Shown: positions 48,617-62,274, counted from the stretch's first letter. The stretch is DNA of 64,000 nucleotides from Trichinella spiralis (GCF_000181795.1 NW_003526944.1:4417293-4481292); one strand, 5' to 3'. The notes: generated by a model from the sequence alone, not told the origin. Numbers and translations are program-made.

Positions 48617-49451
48617 CTGGAACAGGGAAAAAGTAACGTTTATGCACATTTTATAATTTCTATTTATTGTTAATTCGTCCAAACAAACGCTCGTGCTTTT
48701 TTCTCTTTGCTTCTGGTGTTTTATCCGATTCGTCTATTATTTCTGTTTGCTTACAGCAAGCAAATCATCCATTTCTCCTCGAATTGGCGAACAATTTTCA
48801 TGCCGGTTATTTTTTCACGCCTTTACCAAATTATCCCCTCTCTGACGTAATATAATTTGCGCAATTAGGATAAATGTTGACATTTTTGCACCGCTTGCTT
48901 GTTCAAACAAAGCAAACAATATTTATCACATTCCGTGTGTACAAGTAAAGGTAGGTGATTTGTTCTCATGTTCCACTTGATTGAAGTGGAGAAAAATTTT
49001 TACACCATCTTTTCAATAACAATCTTTGCTTGCCCTGGTGTCTGATGAGCATCAATTACACGAAAGCGTGCTGCAATATTTCTTACGGCGAGCCAGTTTG
49101 CTAGCTAGCTAGCTAGCTAGTAGTATAGGTGGGTAGGTAGGTGGCTTTGCTTACTTTCATGCCAGTTGTTGTTTGCTCATTAAAAAATTTTTTTTCCTCA
49201 CACTGCACGCTTGTCAGTCAGTCAATACGTTCATATCAATTTTTGTTATTTTACCACCAATCAGATTTTTGATCACGATGCTTTTTATGTTTCTTTCTTT
49301 ATTATTTGTAGATTACAATGAAAAATCTGCATCAATCAATGAAAATTTCTTCCGATAATAACTTTCAAGCACACTTAATCAACATTTCATGAATAAATAA
49401 AGAAACGTTTTATTTACCACTTGATGATGATACATCTGTCTACTTCACTTG

Positions 49452-49484
<33 letters not shown>

Positions 49485-51079
49485 CCAGTCGTCATTCTCG
49501 TTTCAGTTTTCTCTTCTGGTGTAATTTCTGCCCTCCAAAAGGACTGTTTTTCCAAACTTTTTTCTTTTTCAACCAATGTTTACAACTTCACTGCACCGGA
49601 CCACAAATTACAGACTATTTACAGGAAAGAAATTATCCAGCACTAATTTTCACTATTCATTGCGAAGAATGATAATTTGAATGATTCTTCAATTTGAAAA
49701 TGGGAAAACCCCACTGCTGTAACAATTACAATTTTTCTCAAAACAGTAATCCGGCTTCAGCATTTGACCATAATAATATTCGACGTATTTATTTCATAGC
49801 GCGAATTAGCACATTTGTCCAAGCTGTGCTGTGTTCTCAGTTCAGTGGACGTTTGTAGCTTGGGATCAAATAATTGGGAAGAATCAGGCAAACATATTTT
49901 ACAATCAAGCATCCCACATTTTGAAAATTATCTCAATAATATTAACATTTAAAAAATAACATGGTTGTTTTGAAGTGAGAAATTTCTTACTTTGAAAATT
50001 CGATACAGGCCAAACAGATCGTTATTTGTCAATTTTTGTCAGTCATCTTTCGAAATGCACCTTCGAAATGCCGTACATGTCGTAAGCGATGCAGTGCTAC
50101 TAGCGACGAACAACACAATATGTGAGCTTTAAACGAAATCAGCCGCCGCTATAGCTGCAGGATAGATAGCAGCATGTCAGAACGATGCGTGCGTGGCTGC
50201 GAGCATGCGGGCGAAAAGCGTCGTTTGCTTTCTTTCAACTTGATTCGGTGGAGTGAGCATTGATTTGAAGTGAAGTGAAACAATTCAACACATGGCAGAG
50301 CCGTTGCTTGAACAGCGTACACTTCAAAAATAGACAATTCTGAAAGCGCTGCTGCTGCCTTCCTTGAATGCTTGCTTATTTATGCACAAGGAAACTCTTT
50401 AATGGCAATCTTTCATGCATCATTTTCGGTCCTACAAATTTCCACATAAACGATTATTCACACTTGTAGACGAGTTTCATTCGATTTCAATTTTCACAAT
50501 CCACTCGCTGCTTGCTCTTTCACCGTAGCACAATGCTGAAATAATATTTTTGTTCATAAATTCTTAAAATGCCATTTCTGTATAGTCAATTTAAATTTAC
50601 TGTAAGTTTTATTGAAAATCAAGTTGATTCGTATATTACTGGAAACTGGAAACAATTTCCATAACCAGTGAGCACCTCCGTATGCAACAATGAAAAACAG
50701 GAAAAATATCAAAACACAAAATCTATAAAATGCGCATTATTAATATTGCAAGAACAAAAAAGATAATGCAAAAAAAATATTTTGCAATTGAAGCTGGAAA
50801 GGTTCACTGGTGGGCTAACGCACGGCTGGAGTGCGCAACGCGATTGGGCATTTTTGATTTCTGATTCAACGCATTCAAATCTGCGCAACCTTCCTTTTTT
50901 TCATACTGTTCGCTGCTGTCTGAGTGAGCTTCGTCCAGGTGGCGTTCAAATGATTACTTCTCCTGAACTGTTGATTTCAATTATTCTTTATATACAGATA
51001 CTATTCAATAACACGTTGCATACTTTGTACAAACATTTCGTGCGTAAACATAATTCTACAACACTACAGACTCGAAGTC

Positions 51080-51600
51080 CAGAATCAACAGCAGAAGAGA
51101 AACAAAAACCTACGTCGTTACAAATTGTGCTTGCTGGAAGCAGGAACTCTGGCGAACTTCCCGAGGTCGAACTTCGAAGTTGCACAACGTCCAGATGTGA
51201 TTCAACGCCGCCGCCAACGGATGTCGCCTTGGACGATCCATCCGGCGGCTTGCGCAATACGCCACGGCCGTTGTTGTGCTAATGGCACAACAAACAACAA
51301 GGCATCAGAAGCAACGAGATTCCTGTGCCTGTCCAGAGTCAGAGCGGCAGCTGTGAAAAAGCAGGCGTTAAGTGGACCACGAGTTGGTGCCATGTTGTTG
51401 GAACAGCCGTATGCCAGACAACTGTCAACAAGACAATGGACTTGGGTTTATAGGTGACAAGAAGCGCGCGCCTGACGTCCTCAGTCCTCAAAATATGAAC
51501 CAGCGAAATCATGGCCGAATTGGTGGTCATATGATGGTCGAAGAAGGTTCTGATGGCCTGCGTGTGTGCTTAGTGAAGAGTGTTGACTGTGCGGCAAAGT
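51080..51600 (+). mobile_element. Highly degenerate BEL/Pao LTR-retrotransposon integrase C-terminal relic
   Basis: Fragments in the expected order: QRPDVIQ, RNTPRPL, YARQLSTRQW and EEGSDGLRVCLVKS, which resembles DUF5641 PGxDGLVRxxxVKT. Confidence 0.4.
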
Positions 51601-52764
51601 GAGCTGCAAACACTGCAATGTGTATAATTCCAGGTATGAACTTACATTTATCTCTGCTTGTTGAGTAGAAAATAAAGGTGGTCACCTCGAAAGAGTTGTG
51701 TTCTCTCACTTACAGTAACAACTGCCTTCCCTGGGGATTGCCATTCGTTCAATCTGATCAAGCTCAAATCCAACAATTACAGTCCACTGCCTGAGTGTCA
51801 AATTAAGTTGCAGTCACTACAGTGATTGTTTTCAAAGCAGTTTACAACTGCGACCTTCAGATGTCCACTGTTTAAATAAAAGCTTAGTAAAAATTATAAA
51901 ATCAGAAAATGACCTTTGACACGATGATATAACTGAAATAAACGTAGACTGTTTGCATTGTAAAAATATTTCACCAATGATACGGTGATTGTTGCATGAT
52001 TAAATACTACTTGAAGATCACAGTTTACTTTTTTACCTACTGTGTCTGAGTGATGCTTTTGAATTAGCTGGAATTAATTGAAATGGGACAGTGAAATACA
52101 GCTATGTATTCCGATGCGGTAATGATAAATGGTTGCAGAGTTAACTTCAAGTGGACACTGGTCAGCGCAGATGTTGTAACGTGGTTTTGTCGTTTGTCTG
52201 TTTGTCAAAGAGCGGATACCTGTTTATAGTTATTCACCTGCAAATGCCTTGTTTAACGGCTGGGTAAAGTTTACATGACGATGATGAACTTTTCGAACCT
52301 CATTGAAGAGAACAGTTTAGCTTGACCAGCTGCGATATACAAAAATGGTTGGATGATTGCTGTGGACGTCCAACACCAATGGCATTGAAATTTTTCATGA
52401 TATGATTTCTTTTTGATTTTTTTGATATGATCAACATTGACGTTTATGAAAATGACCATGTTTAGACAAGAATGAAGTACATTTGAAAATGACCTCAATC
52501 GAAGCAATGCCAATTTGTATACAAACCTAACAATTAATAAGCAGTTTAATATTGATTGAGATGCAAAGCAGTGGCCATAAAATGAAATATTTTGCGATTA
52601 TAAAGAACTGTCAACTTAATTTCTCAGGGCAGCACGAAAACTTGAAAATTTATAATCTGTAATCATAATGTTAAGTAGTTTAGATAAGAAAATATATTAT
52701 AAACGAATTATCATTAATAAATGAACTACTTTAATTCTGGAAATAAGCTTCTGCCAGAAGTTGA

Positions 52765-53463
52765 ATTTTTTATATCCCATATTTGGTTGTGATACTATGA
52801 GAAGTTATTATTCAGAAGAACATTTTTCTCAACGTTAAATATAAAAGCTGCGCGCATACTATGCAAATCAGCGTTGTTATATTTTATTGATTTTTTGAAA
52901 ATCAAAATCTCGCTATATTCTTCCATTGTTCATGACTAAATTGTAATTTTTTCTTCATTTTGGAAATTGAATAAATTCTATGAAATTCCATTTCTGTAAT
53001 TGAATATTACGCATAACATTGAGTGTAGTCAGACAAAAGTGTAAAGCTGACCTATAAAAGTATGAAATAATTTTTGTATGAAATGCGTTTATTCATTTTC
53101 ATTTTGCATATTTTATAACATGATGTGAACAGTGTCATCTAGTATTGTGAGAAGATAATTTTCACTATTCGCTGATTTTTGCTGATATTATTTTTTCCCA
53201 ATTTTAAACTATACTTCAATTATAACTTAAATGAATTACAGCAATAATAATATTAGTCAGCAACACGTATGTAAATTATTTTCAAACATTTCGATATTTT
53301 AGTTTTTATATTTTCACTCTTTTTGTTAATACAAAGAACGTTATCAAAAACAAAACTGTGCTTTTCATGATAATAATAATTTCAATTATGAAAGAAAGGG
53401 ATTGTAATAGATCTAATTGGTATTTATTTAAATAGAAATGTAAAATTTTAAACAAAGAGGTTG
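52765..53463. repeat. Inverted copy of the 12918-13623 repeat
   Basis: Reverse-complement match. Contains ATGCAAAT at 52861. Confidence 0.9.
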
Positions 53464-55239
53464 AAAATAAAAGATTAAATGGCAGCGATAATTTGCATAC
53501 TATTAATTATAAATAGAAAAAATGTTTTATTTCAATCGGCAGTGGAGACGTCCGCATGTTCGTATTCCACTGATGGTTGATGTGTTGGTTTGGGTATCGC
53601 CAGAGCAATCTGACGCCGTATTGTGCGGAAGAGGATTCAAATGATCCTGATAGCACTCCAGGTACACCATTGCAATCCTGTTGATTGCAAGGCAAAGGAG
53701 TTGGGCGAAATCCCTAATCACGATTAATTAACAATCAACCCTTTACAGTTTTTCAGATAAATTTCATGCAGAAAATTGCAAAAATCATTTGTGCAAATGA
53801 TAAAATGAAATATTTTTATTTTCATGCTGCAGTCCAGCGGGCGCTTTACGATTTTTAACTTTTCAGAAAAGCTCACACAGAACAACAAAAATCCTATGCT
53901 AATAATAATAGAATGCAGTATTTTTATTTCATACTGCACGTAAATTTAAATTTTGATAACAAAATTCATTTTTTGATAAATATTTCATTTTTCAAAACGC
54001 TATATTCAAACAAAGAGATTTAAAATAAAAATATGAATGGCAGTAATAATAGTATTTTGGCTTCATATTAAATATAAAAATCACAAATTGCAGTGGAAAC
54101 TTTTGCTTGTTCTTTATTATTTTATTGGTGGTTGATTTGCTGGCATGCGCCCACTCGTATGCAGAGCAATACCAAATTGCCAACATATTTGGTACTGATG
54201 CACCAAAGTGTAAAGGCTTGTCTGCTTTGCTACGTGAACATGGGTCAGAAAAGCCAAATGCATCATCACAATGATGGCATTTTTCACAACATCCCAAATA
54301 GGTGAATTCCATCAGACGGATTGTATCGATGGTAAATGCGAATTTAAATTTTGATTTTTTTTATAAAATTCATTTTTTGACAAATATTTGCTTTTTAAAG
54401 TTGTATTTCACTTTACTTGATTGTTTTTCTTTTTGCTTCAGTGTACCGTGAAAGGGATCGTCCATAAATTGAAAGAGTCCTAATAATTTACGGTCCAGAT
54501 TTGTTGAAAATGTCAAAATACTCAGCATCCACTGTTTTCACTTATTTTATCTACATCTCGTCTACTTTGTTACATTGTTATTTTCGAATTTGCATATGTT
54601 GTGTGGCATTTTCATCAATAGTTGTGCATATAAATCAGGTTTGAACAGCACATGTCACAACTGATGGCAGCATTTTAGAAGATCTGAAATGCTCAAATCA
54701 TCATCAGTTTCCACTTTCCCTTTTCATTTCGATTATAAAATTTATTTTTCGATAAACATTTCTCTTCAAAATCTGTTGTATTCAAAAATATGGATACAAA
54801 ATAAAAAATAAATGCCAATAAGAATAGTAATAATGTCCAGAGGTTGTTATAAATAAAAAAATTATTTCATTCTAATTGGCAGTGGAAACGTCCGCATGTT
54901 CGTATTCCACTGGAGGTTGATTTGCTGCATTGTGCTCTCTTGTAATTAGAAAATGAGTGCTTTCAGAATCAACATCATAAAGGGCTTGTCTGCTATATGA
55001 GGCCCAAAGTGCTAAAAATCTTTTTGCTCTTGCTCAATTGTGCACTCATAGAAGTCAGAGGTTTGACAAATACCAGTTGTCAACCCGCTCATTCTAGGTG
55101 TCTGTTGTCAGAGTAGTAATATGTGCACTTACCAAGTGCAACGAAGAAGGGCTATCTATTCGCACAAAACGTAACAAAAGTTTTCATACAAGAAGTTTGT
55201 TTACCTTCATTATCATTTTATTCTAGTATTTTTATAATT

Positions 55240-58200
55240 TTTTATCATCAGAGAAATTTGCTAAATTACATGCTTAATTCTGTTCTCAGCACAGGAAAGA
55301 AGTGTGCTTATATATTTTGGTGAAAAACTTTTTTCGATGAGTTCCATTTTTGTAGGTCATTTTTGAATATTCAAATCCAAACTTAAGGCATGCGGAGGCC
55401 TGTTTTGGCTAAGACAATGGTTTTATTATGGCGTTTTTTGTCAGATAGTTTATATTTTGACTTTATTTTAAATGTCACTGTCATTTTTGAATTCTGAAAT
55501 AACTGTCATTAAATTAATTTGTTTCAAAATTTTCTCCTCAAACAGAGTGCATTAGTTAAGTAAATGATGGGCAATGAAAAATATACAGTAGCCATATTTA
55601 TCAGCAGAAACGAATGGAATAAAAATTTGCATGCGAGGACGTTCGCTTTGTTGACATATTGGAAATAATTTTAGTTTGAGGTCGTCCGTGGATAGAAGCA
55701 CTGCGTTTGGATTGGAAAATTAGCTGAAGACCAATATGAAATGACAAACAATAAATTTGCTTTTTATTCATTATTATTTTTTGGAATAATTTCTGAAAAA
55801 TAATTTTTCAATCAACAACCAAGCAGTATGAACACTAACATTGAGAAGATGACGCATTTTGTGGTAAGTGGCAATTTCTTCATTTATAAGTCGTAATCAC
55901 TTAACAATGCAATTGAGAATTGGTATTGTGCATAATTTCTCAATATATTCTTTGTGAATTCTCAACATGAGATGAAAGGCGACTTAATAAACGCCAAATT
56001 TCTGTACAGTTAAGTTTGATTAAAACAACGTGTACTCATTGTTTATTTATCATTGGAATATGTTCTTTCGAAAATCACCATTGCAGTAGCTAACATACAC
56101 TTTCAATTGACCATAAGCAAGCTTTTGCTCAAAAATTGTTCACTTAAAATTAGCTTCACTTCAGCTACTTGGTTTTCTGATTTAAAAAAATTTTCAGACG
56201 TACATAAGTGTGTTTTGTCTAAGTCAATTTTGTTTTATTATGGCGTTTTTTGTTCCATAGTTTATATTTTGGCTGAAATGTAAATGTCAAGGTCATTTTT
56301 CAATTTTCAAATAGTCCTTTCCTTATTGGTAGAATTTAGAAGAGCATTTCTTTTGCTCATATTGTAACGCGGCTTGGGTTAGCTTTTATCTTCAGCCAAA
56401 AGTTCTAACGCACTAAAAACCGGTTTCTAACGCTACACTATGCAAATAAGCACCGCAATAACGCTGCCTTATCATCAGTAAGGTTGCGTTTGTTTGTTTA
56501 ATTTACGTGGCAATTGGTAGCTTCGTTGAACGTTCTCTCAGTTCATTACGGGCGTTAAGTAGCTGCTGAAGGTCGTTTCAGAATTACTGGCAAGTATTCC
56601 ATAGATGATTAAGGGTTTTTTAAAAAGTTTGTATACTCATTTTGTAAACAATTACTTTTCAATTACAATGCAGTAAATTATTATATTTGTTGCAACTCTA
56701 CTTTGTCATAAAGTCAGAATAGTTCTGATTTAATATCATTATTGCAGATATAAAGAATGGAGCAAAGAAAAAGTTAAAACACGAACGACACAGCAGATCA
56801 CGGACGGCATAAAGCAGAACAAAAGAAGAGAAGAAGTAAATGCGATTTCTTGTGATTTTGTGAAGCAGGGCTAAGGATATTCGAAAGGGTGATATTATTC
56901 CTTAGTTTGATTAACCACATGAGTTTGTAATATGTAATATATGAGTAAGATATTTTTCACTGTAAAACTGCACTTTTTGTTTTTCATATTAAGATTATGT
57001 GAAGTTTCAAGTTAGAAAGATTGAAAATTAATTAACTTTATTATCACTTTATATTATTTTTTCAAATTTCGCATAATCAGAGACATTTGGTAAATTACAT
57101 TTTTTGTTTGATTAACATTGTTTGTCAGCGTACGCAGCCTGTGTGCTTATATTTTAGTGAAAAGATTCTGCGATGAATTCCATTTATGTAGGTCATTTTT
57201 GAATTTTCAAATGTGAAATTCACACGTGCGGAGGCGTGTTTTCACTAAGTCAATTTTCTGTTCTATTGGATAGTTTATATTTTGACTGAATTTCAAATTC
57301 TGAATTTAACAGAATTCTGAATTCTGAAATTAAATTCCTGAATTTTTACATATCCGAATTTACATTCCTCACTGGATGACTTTAACTGTTCATTTCAACT
57401 TCTTTTTTAAGTAAACTGAAATGAGTTTTATCTAATGCTATGCATTCGCTAGATTAGCGGTTCGCTGTGCATGAGGTTTCAATGTTCTTAGTTTCATAGC
57501 GTTCGATTAGAATTAATTCCTCGTCCAGAAAATTTTCCAATCAACTCAAACCGGTTTCTATCGCTACAGTATGCAAATGAGGATCGCTTGAAAATTGCTT
57601 TATCATCAATCAGTAATGGTGCGCTTGCTTGTTTGACTTGCGTGGCAAGTAACAGCATCGTCAATCGTCAAACGTCAAACGTTGGCGTTAAGTTACTACT
57701 CAAGTCGGTTTTTAATTGTTGAAAGTATTCGAAATTTTCTCGTTATTTTTTTTCGAAACTATATATATAATCATTTTATTAGCGTTATCTTTAACTGAGG
57801 ATCAGTTACTTCTTTTATTTCAAAATTCTTTGTTCAATTTTTTAATTCCACTGTGTAATAAAGTGCGAAAAGTTTTGATTCAACATTTACCATTCTTACA
57901 GATATGACCAATGAAGAAAAGAAAAAGTGAAAACGCGGACGACACGAAGNNNNNNNNNNAATATGAAATGACAAACAATAAATTTGCTTTTTATTCATTA
58001 TTATTTTTTGGAATAATTTCTGAAAAATAATTTTTCAATCAACAACCAAGCAGTATGAACACTAACATTGAGAAGATGACGCATTTTGTGGTAAGTGGCA
58101 ATTTCTTCATTTATAAGTCGTAATCACTTAACAATGCAATTGAGAATTGGTATTGTGCATAATTTCTCAATATATTCTTTGTGAATTCTCAACATGAGAT

Positions 58201-58880
58201 GAAAGGCGACTTAATAAACGCCAAATTTCTGTACAGTTAAGTTTGATTAAAACAACGTGTACTCATTGTTTATTTATCATTGGAATATGTTCTTTCGAAA
58301 ATCACCATTGCAGTAGCTAACATACACTTTCAATTGACCATAAGCAAGCTTTTGCTCAAAAATTGTTCACTTAAAATTAGCTTCACTTCAGCTACTTGGT
58401 TTTCTGATTTAAAAAAATTTTCAGACGTACATAAGTGTGTTTTGTCTAAGTCAATTTTGTTTTATTATGGCGTTTTTTGTTCCATAGTTTATATTTTGGC
58501 TGAAATGTAAATGTCAAGGTCATTTTTCAATTTTCAAATAGTCCTTTCCTTATTGGTAGAATTTAGAAGAGCATTTCTTTTGCTCATATTGTAACGCGGC
58601 TTGGTTAGCTTTTATCTTCAGCCAAAAGTTCTAACGCACTAAAAACCGGTTTCTAACGCTACACTATGCAATAAGCACCGCAATAACGCTGCCTTATCAT
58701 CAGTAGTGCGTTGTTTGTTTAATTACGTGGCATGGTAGCTTCGTTGAACGTTTCTCCCAGTTCATTACGGGCGTTAANNNNNNNNNNGCAAGAGAAGACA
58801 AAGTTCCTGGGACCCCAATTCTGTAGGTCTGGGATTGGGATACTTCGAAAGGGCGAAGTTATCCCATAGTTGTAATTAAG
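55240..58880 (+). repeat. Degenerate tandem repeat region; 57960-58777 is a near-exact copy of 55733-56558 between N gaps
   Basis: Recurring blocks: atcagaga.atttg.taaattaca at ~55247 and ~57077, and ccggtttcta.cgctaca.tatgca at ~56420, ~57551 and ~58646. Confidence 0.85.
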
Positions 58881-59976
58881 TTAACGACCAACCTACATGG
58901 CTGAGTTTTGAATTAATGCAGTACTTGGTCTTTCACGCAGCAAAATTTATGTATGCAACTGCTTTCATGTGTCGAAATAATTTTCGATTTTTGTTCATTT
59001 TGTAATTTTTATCTTTTCTTACATGGTTTTATTTTGAACACTTTCTAAAGCAAATTCCTTTTATTTTATTTTTATTTTTCAAACTGTTAAACTTCAAACA
59101 TTCATTCAATCTTTATTTTCCCTTACTTTATTTTATACATTTCATTCATTTTTTAATTACTCCTATTATTTCTTTTGATTTCTTTGATTTTCACTTATTT
59201 CTTCTTATATTGTACATTTTGTTTTTTCCAATTTATTTCTCCAAATATATTTTTCTGATTCTTTTATTTTGAATTTGACTTTGTAAAACCTCTGACACAT
59301 GAAAAGCATTGCATACAAATAAGTAAACACGTAATAAACTATGGAAAAATCATGCACATGGAGAAGAAAAGGGACAATTGGAGAAAGCCAAGATCGGTGA
59401 TCGGATATGGATAGGTTGGATCGAATCGTTTGTTGGTCCATTGCGTTCGTTGGTCAATTCCGTTCATTGGTCAAGTAAGGTAAGTATAGGAACGTTGGAG
59501 AAGATAGATACGATTTGGCAAAGTCGAGTGTTGAAAGCTTCTTCATTACAAAGACACAATACACAGACGTAACAAAAGACCAATACTGCGTTATTTCTTA
59601 ACGATGATGCTCATGTAGGATTAGTTAAAAAGGGAAAAATCATGTTTGCCATTACTAGTTGCCAGCCAGCAATATTAATTAGTTTATAGGAACAAAAACA
59701 AAACAGTTAAAATGGGGGAAAATGAAATAATACACGTAACACAAGTAAATTAATAATCTATTTAAAAGTAAGAAAAAAAATTTTTTTTCTTTTAATATAA
59801 ATCAAGAACAATGCAACAACAACAACAACAATTCTTTATTAATGAAAAAGTTTATTTTTCAAAAAAAAGATAAATGTGCAATGTAATACAAAGAAACAGA
59901 TAAAGTCTGGCATAAATGAGTTCTGCGAAATGGCAAACATGCCGGAAATGGGACTTGAAATATTTAATGCAGGTGG

Positions 59977-60360
59977 AGGATGGAGAGACCAAAAATGGGC
60001 CCCATCCTGGAGCGTGAAGCTCCCTTCCCTTAGACAAGGGAGAGTGCAAACTCTTCCTTGCTCTTTGGGCAGGCAGAGCGCACGCTCCTCTTCCCTGGAG
60101 CGGGGAAAGCCTAGGCTTTCCGCGCTGAAGAGGCGGGTGAGACTTAGTTGTTTCACCTGCCTCAGATGTGCGGGGAGTTTAGTGCTTTTCCCCGCTCCAA
60201 GGGGAGGGGAGATTGTGCGTTTTGTCTGCCCAACAGAGTGGGGGAGATTTTGCATTTTTCCTTGTCTACAAGGGAGGGGAGATTTGCGCTTTCCATGAAA
60301 AAATCGTGAGGGTGGGGGAGATTTCGCGTTTTCGTCGATTCAGCGGGGGGGAAGGTTGCT
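59977..60360 (+). repeat. Array of consecutive GC-rich hairpins (~30-37 nt spacing)
   Basis: Examples: caagggagagt-GCAA-actcttccttg, gaggcgggtgagac-ttagtt-gtttcacctgcctc and ggaaagcc-ta-ggctttcc. Confidence 0.7.
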
Positions 60361-60389
60361 TTTTTTTGTGAATTTTTTTTAAAAAAAAG

Positions 60390-60690
60390 TTTTCGGTTGC
60401 GGTGGAGGCCTGCCTTTCGGTCAGCCCGACCGCCCCCGCGCCGCCCCCCGCCCTCCTGCCCCGGGGACCCCCAAGGCATCATCGCCTCCTAGCCCACGTG
60501 CTGGCCTCACGATTTTGGCCGAGATGACCTTGGGTGGATCCATCTGATCCACCCTCGACGGACCAGATGGCCATTCTGATCCGCCGAAGACGTAGCTTCC
60601 GCACCAGATGGCGTGCGTTGCTAGGCAGATGTGAACCGTTACGCCTACAAAGCCTTGCCGCCTCATGCACATCAAATTGCCGTCACACCT
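60390..60690 (-). other. GC-rich structured element, copy A (candidate ncRNA)
   Basis: The 41-nt core at 60421-60461 is the exact reverse complement of 62108-62148. Flanking motifs are shared, and a T8 run follows on the minus strand. Confidence 0.5.
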
Positions 60691-61377
60691 GATACTCAAT
60701 ATTAATGTACTGTCCTGCAGAACCAACTCATGTTTGCATACTTACCGTATAATTTATAACTCATCATTATTGATTTATTGTATTATGCCTACTTATCTTT
60801 TCGAATAAATCTGACTACTGTAAGTTGCTGTTTTTTGCTTGCAATTAAAACCCTCTAATTAACTATTAAAAAACCCTGCTGAAATATGTAGTTACGAGTG
60901 ATGTTATTATACCTAATTAGAAAATTTATGACCCACTTTTGTGTTTACATTGTATGTTAATCATTAATTAAAAAACTCTCACTGCTAAAATATGTTGTTA
61001 CGAGTGAAGTTATTTAACCTAATTAGAAATTAAAATACTCAGTGTTGCATGTACGTTGTATTTTATACATTCTAATTAGCATATTAAAATTAATCTCATA
61101 TTTAATACTTTGTTTTCCTACATGTTACGGATTAATAACATTCTATTTATAGAAGATTACTTCCTATTTATAAAATGATTGAACTCGTTGCACCTTGTCT
61201 AAGCTAATTGTTTATTTCATTCATGCCAAGTTTACTTTTCCCATTACCTAATTAAAGGAGACCCCGATTAACATTTTTATAAGTAAAAAATTTATGTTCA
61301 AACAATAGCTAATTCACCAATAATTAATAAATAAAATTATGCCTATTTAATGTTTACCATATTACATCCCTTTTAAC

Positions 61378-61566
61378 TGTTTACATTACACTGTTTTAAA
61401 GTAGAAATCTACTTTGACATTACATTCTTTAAAGTGAAAAACTGCTTTATACTAAAAATTTATTATTACCACTATAAAATTAATGAATAATTAAAACCTT
61501 TTATAAGATGAAATGTAAATGAAAAACTGGTAAACTTTTCTACATTAAAACAGTGTAATGTAAACA
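61378..61566. repeat. Perfect 22-bp inverted repeat (MITE-like or cruciform)
   Basis: tgtttacattacactgttttaa (61378-61399) versus ttaaaacagtgtaatgtaaaca (61545-61566). Confidence 0.8.
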
Positions 61567-61770
61567 AAAGCTGAATTTGCTTAATTATTAGATGAATGAG
61601 CATTATATTTTATTTATCATTTAAGTTCCTAAATGAATGAATTAATGTATAAAATGTTAACAAATTTAAACTATTAAGCATGATTATAAGGGGAAACTCT
61701 CGATGGAGATTAATTTCAAATGTATTATGCCTAAACTGATGAAAGGTGCAACGCCAAATGAACTAGTTAA

Positions 61771-62264
61771 AGGTGTGACGGCAAATCTGATGTCAATCAT
61801 TGGCCAAGTGTCAGAGCCGGCGTAACAATAACACAAACGCATAGCGACGCTTACCGTTCCTCTTGGGGGAGTAACGATCACCACTAGATTGGCACTGAAA
61901 CAGAGTCTCAGCACTACGTCAATTGCGAATTTGCATAACTGCCTCTAGGACAGATACGTCTTACGAATTCACATAGATGTTGAAATCCCATTGCACAAGA
62001 TTTCAAACAGCGTCCATTACCACACAAATGGACAGGGTCATCTCTTTGAAACCGGTCTCTGGCCAGCACGGGACTAGGAGACTCCGCCGAGGGAAGTCCC
62101 CGTTAACGGGCAGGAGGGCGGGGGGCGGCGCGGGGGCGGTCGGGCTGAAAAAAAACCTTGCTTGAGATCCCATTGCTGGGATCCGAGCAAGACGGCAGCC
62201 CTCTGGTACGCACCCGAATCCACCACAGAGAGGTGAGCTTGAAAAATGGAACTCTGATCATTTG
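61771..62264 (+). other. GC-rich structured element, copy B (candidate ncRNA)
   Basis: Begins with aggtgtgacggcaa (shared with copy A). Contains an octamer at 61929, the G-rich core and a strong hairpin at 62157-62201. Confidence 0.5.
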
Positions 62265-62274
62265 NNNNNNNNNN

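Noticed and set aside
57960..58777. Near-exact 0.8-kb duplication of 55733-56558
   Set aside because: Bounded by N gaps with a degraded end; most likely a redundant contig.
59977..60360. CRISPR-like periodicity
   Set aside because: Units are not identical repeats with unique spacers, there are no cas genes, and the context is eukaryotic.
59839..60726. ORFs of 100-140 aa in the GC-rich block
   Set aside because: Open frames on both strands are explained by GC content, with no domain-like features.
62061..62150. GGCCAGC start suggestive of an HDV-like ribozyme
   Set aside because: No downstream complementary P1 strand or nested pseudoknot can be built.
62080..62240. Resemblance of element B to vertebrate RNase MRP RNA (TCCGCC..AGGGAAGTCCCCG..CGGGCAG..GGCGCGGGGGCG..CCCTCT..ACGCA)
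   Set aside because: The 3' P4 strand (CGGGGCT) and the GARAR-capped stem are missing, and GAAGT is not kept in copies A and C. Not called MRP without a covariance-model hit.
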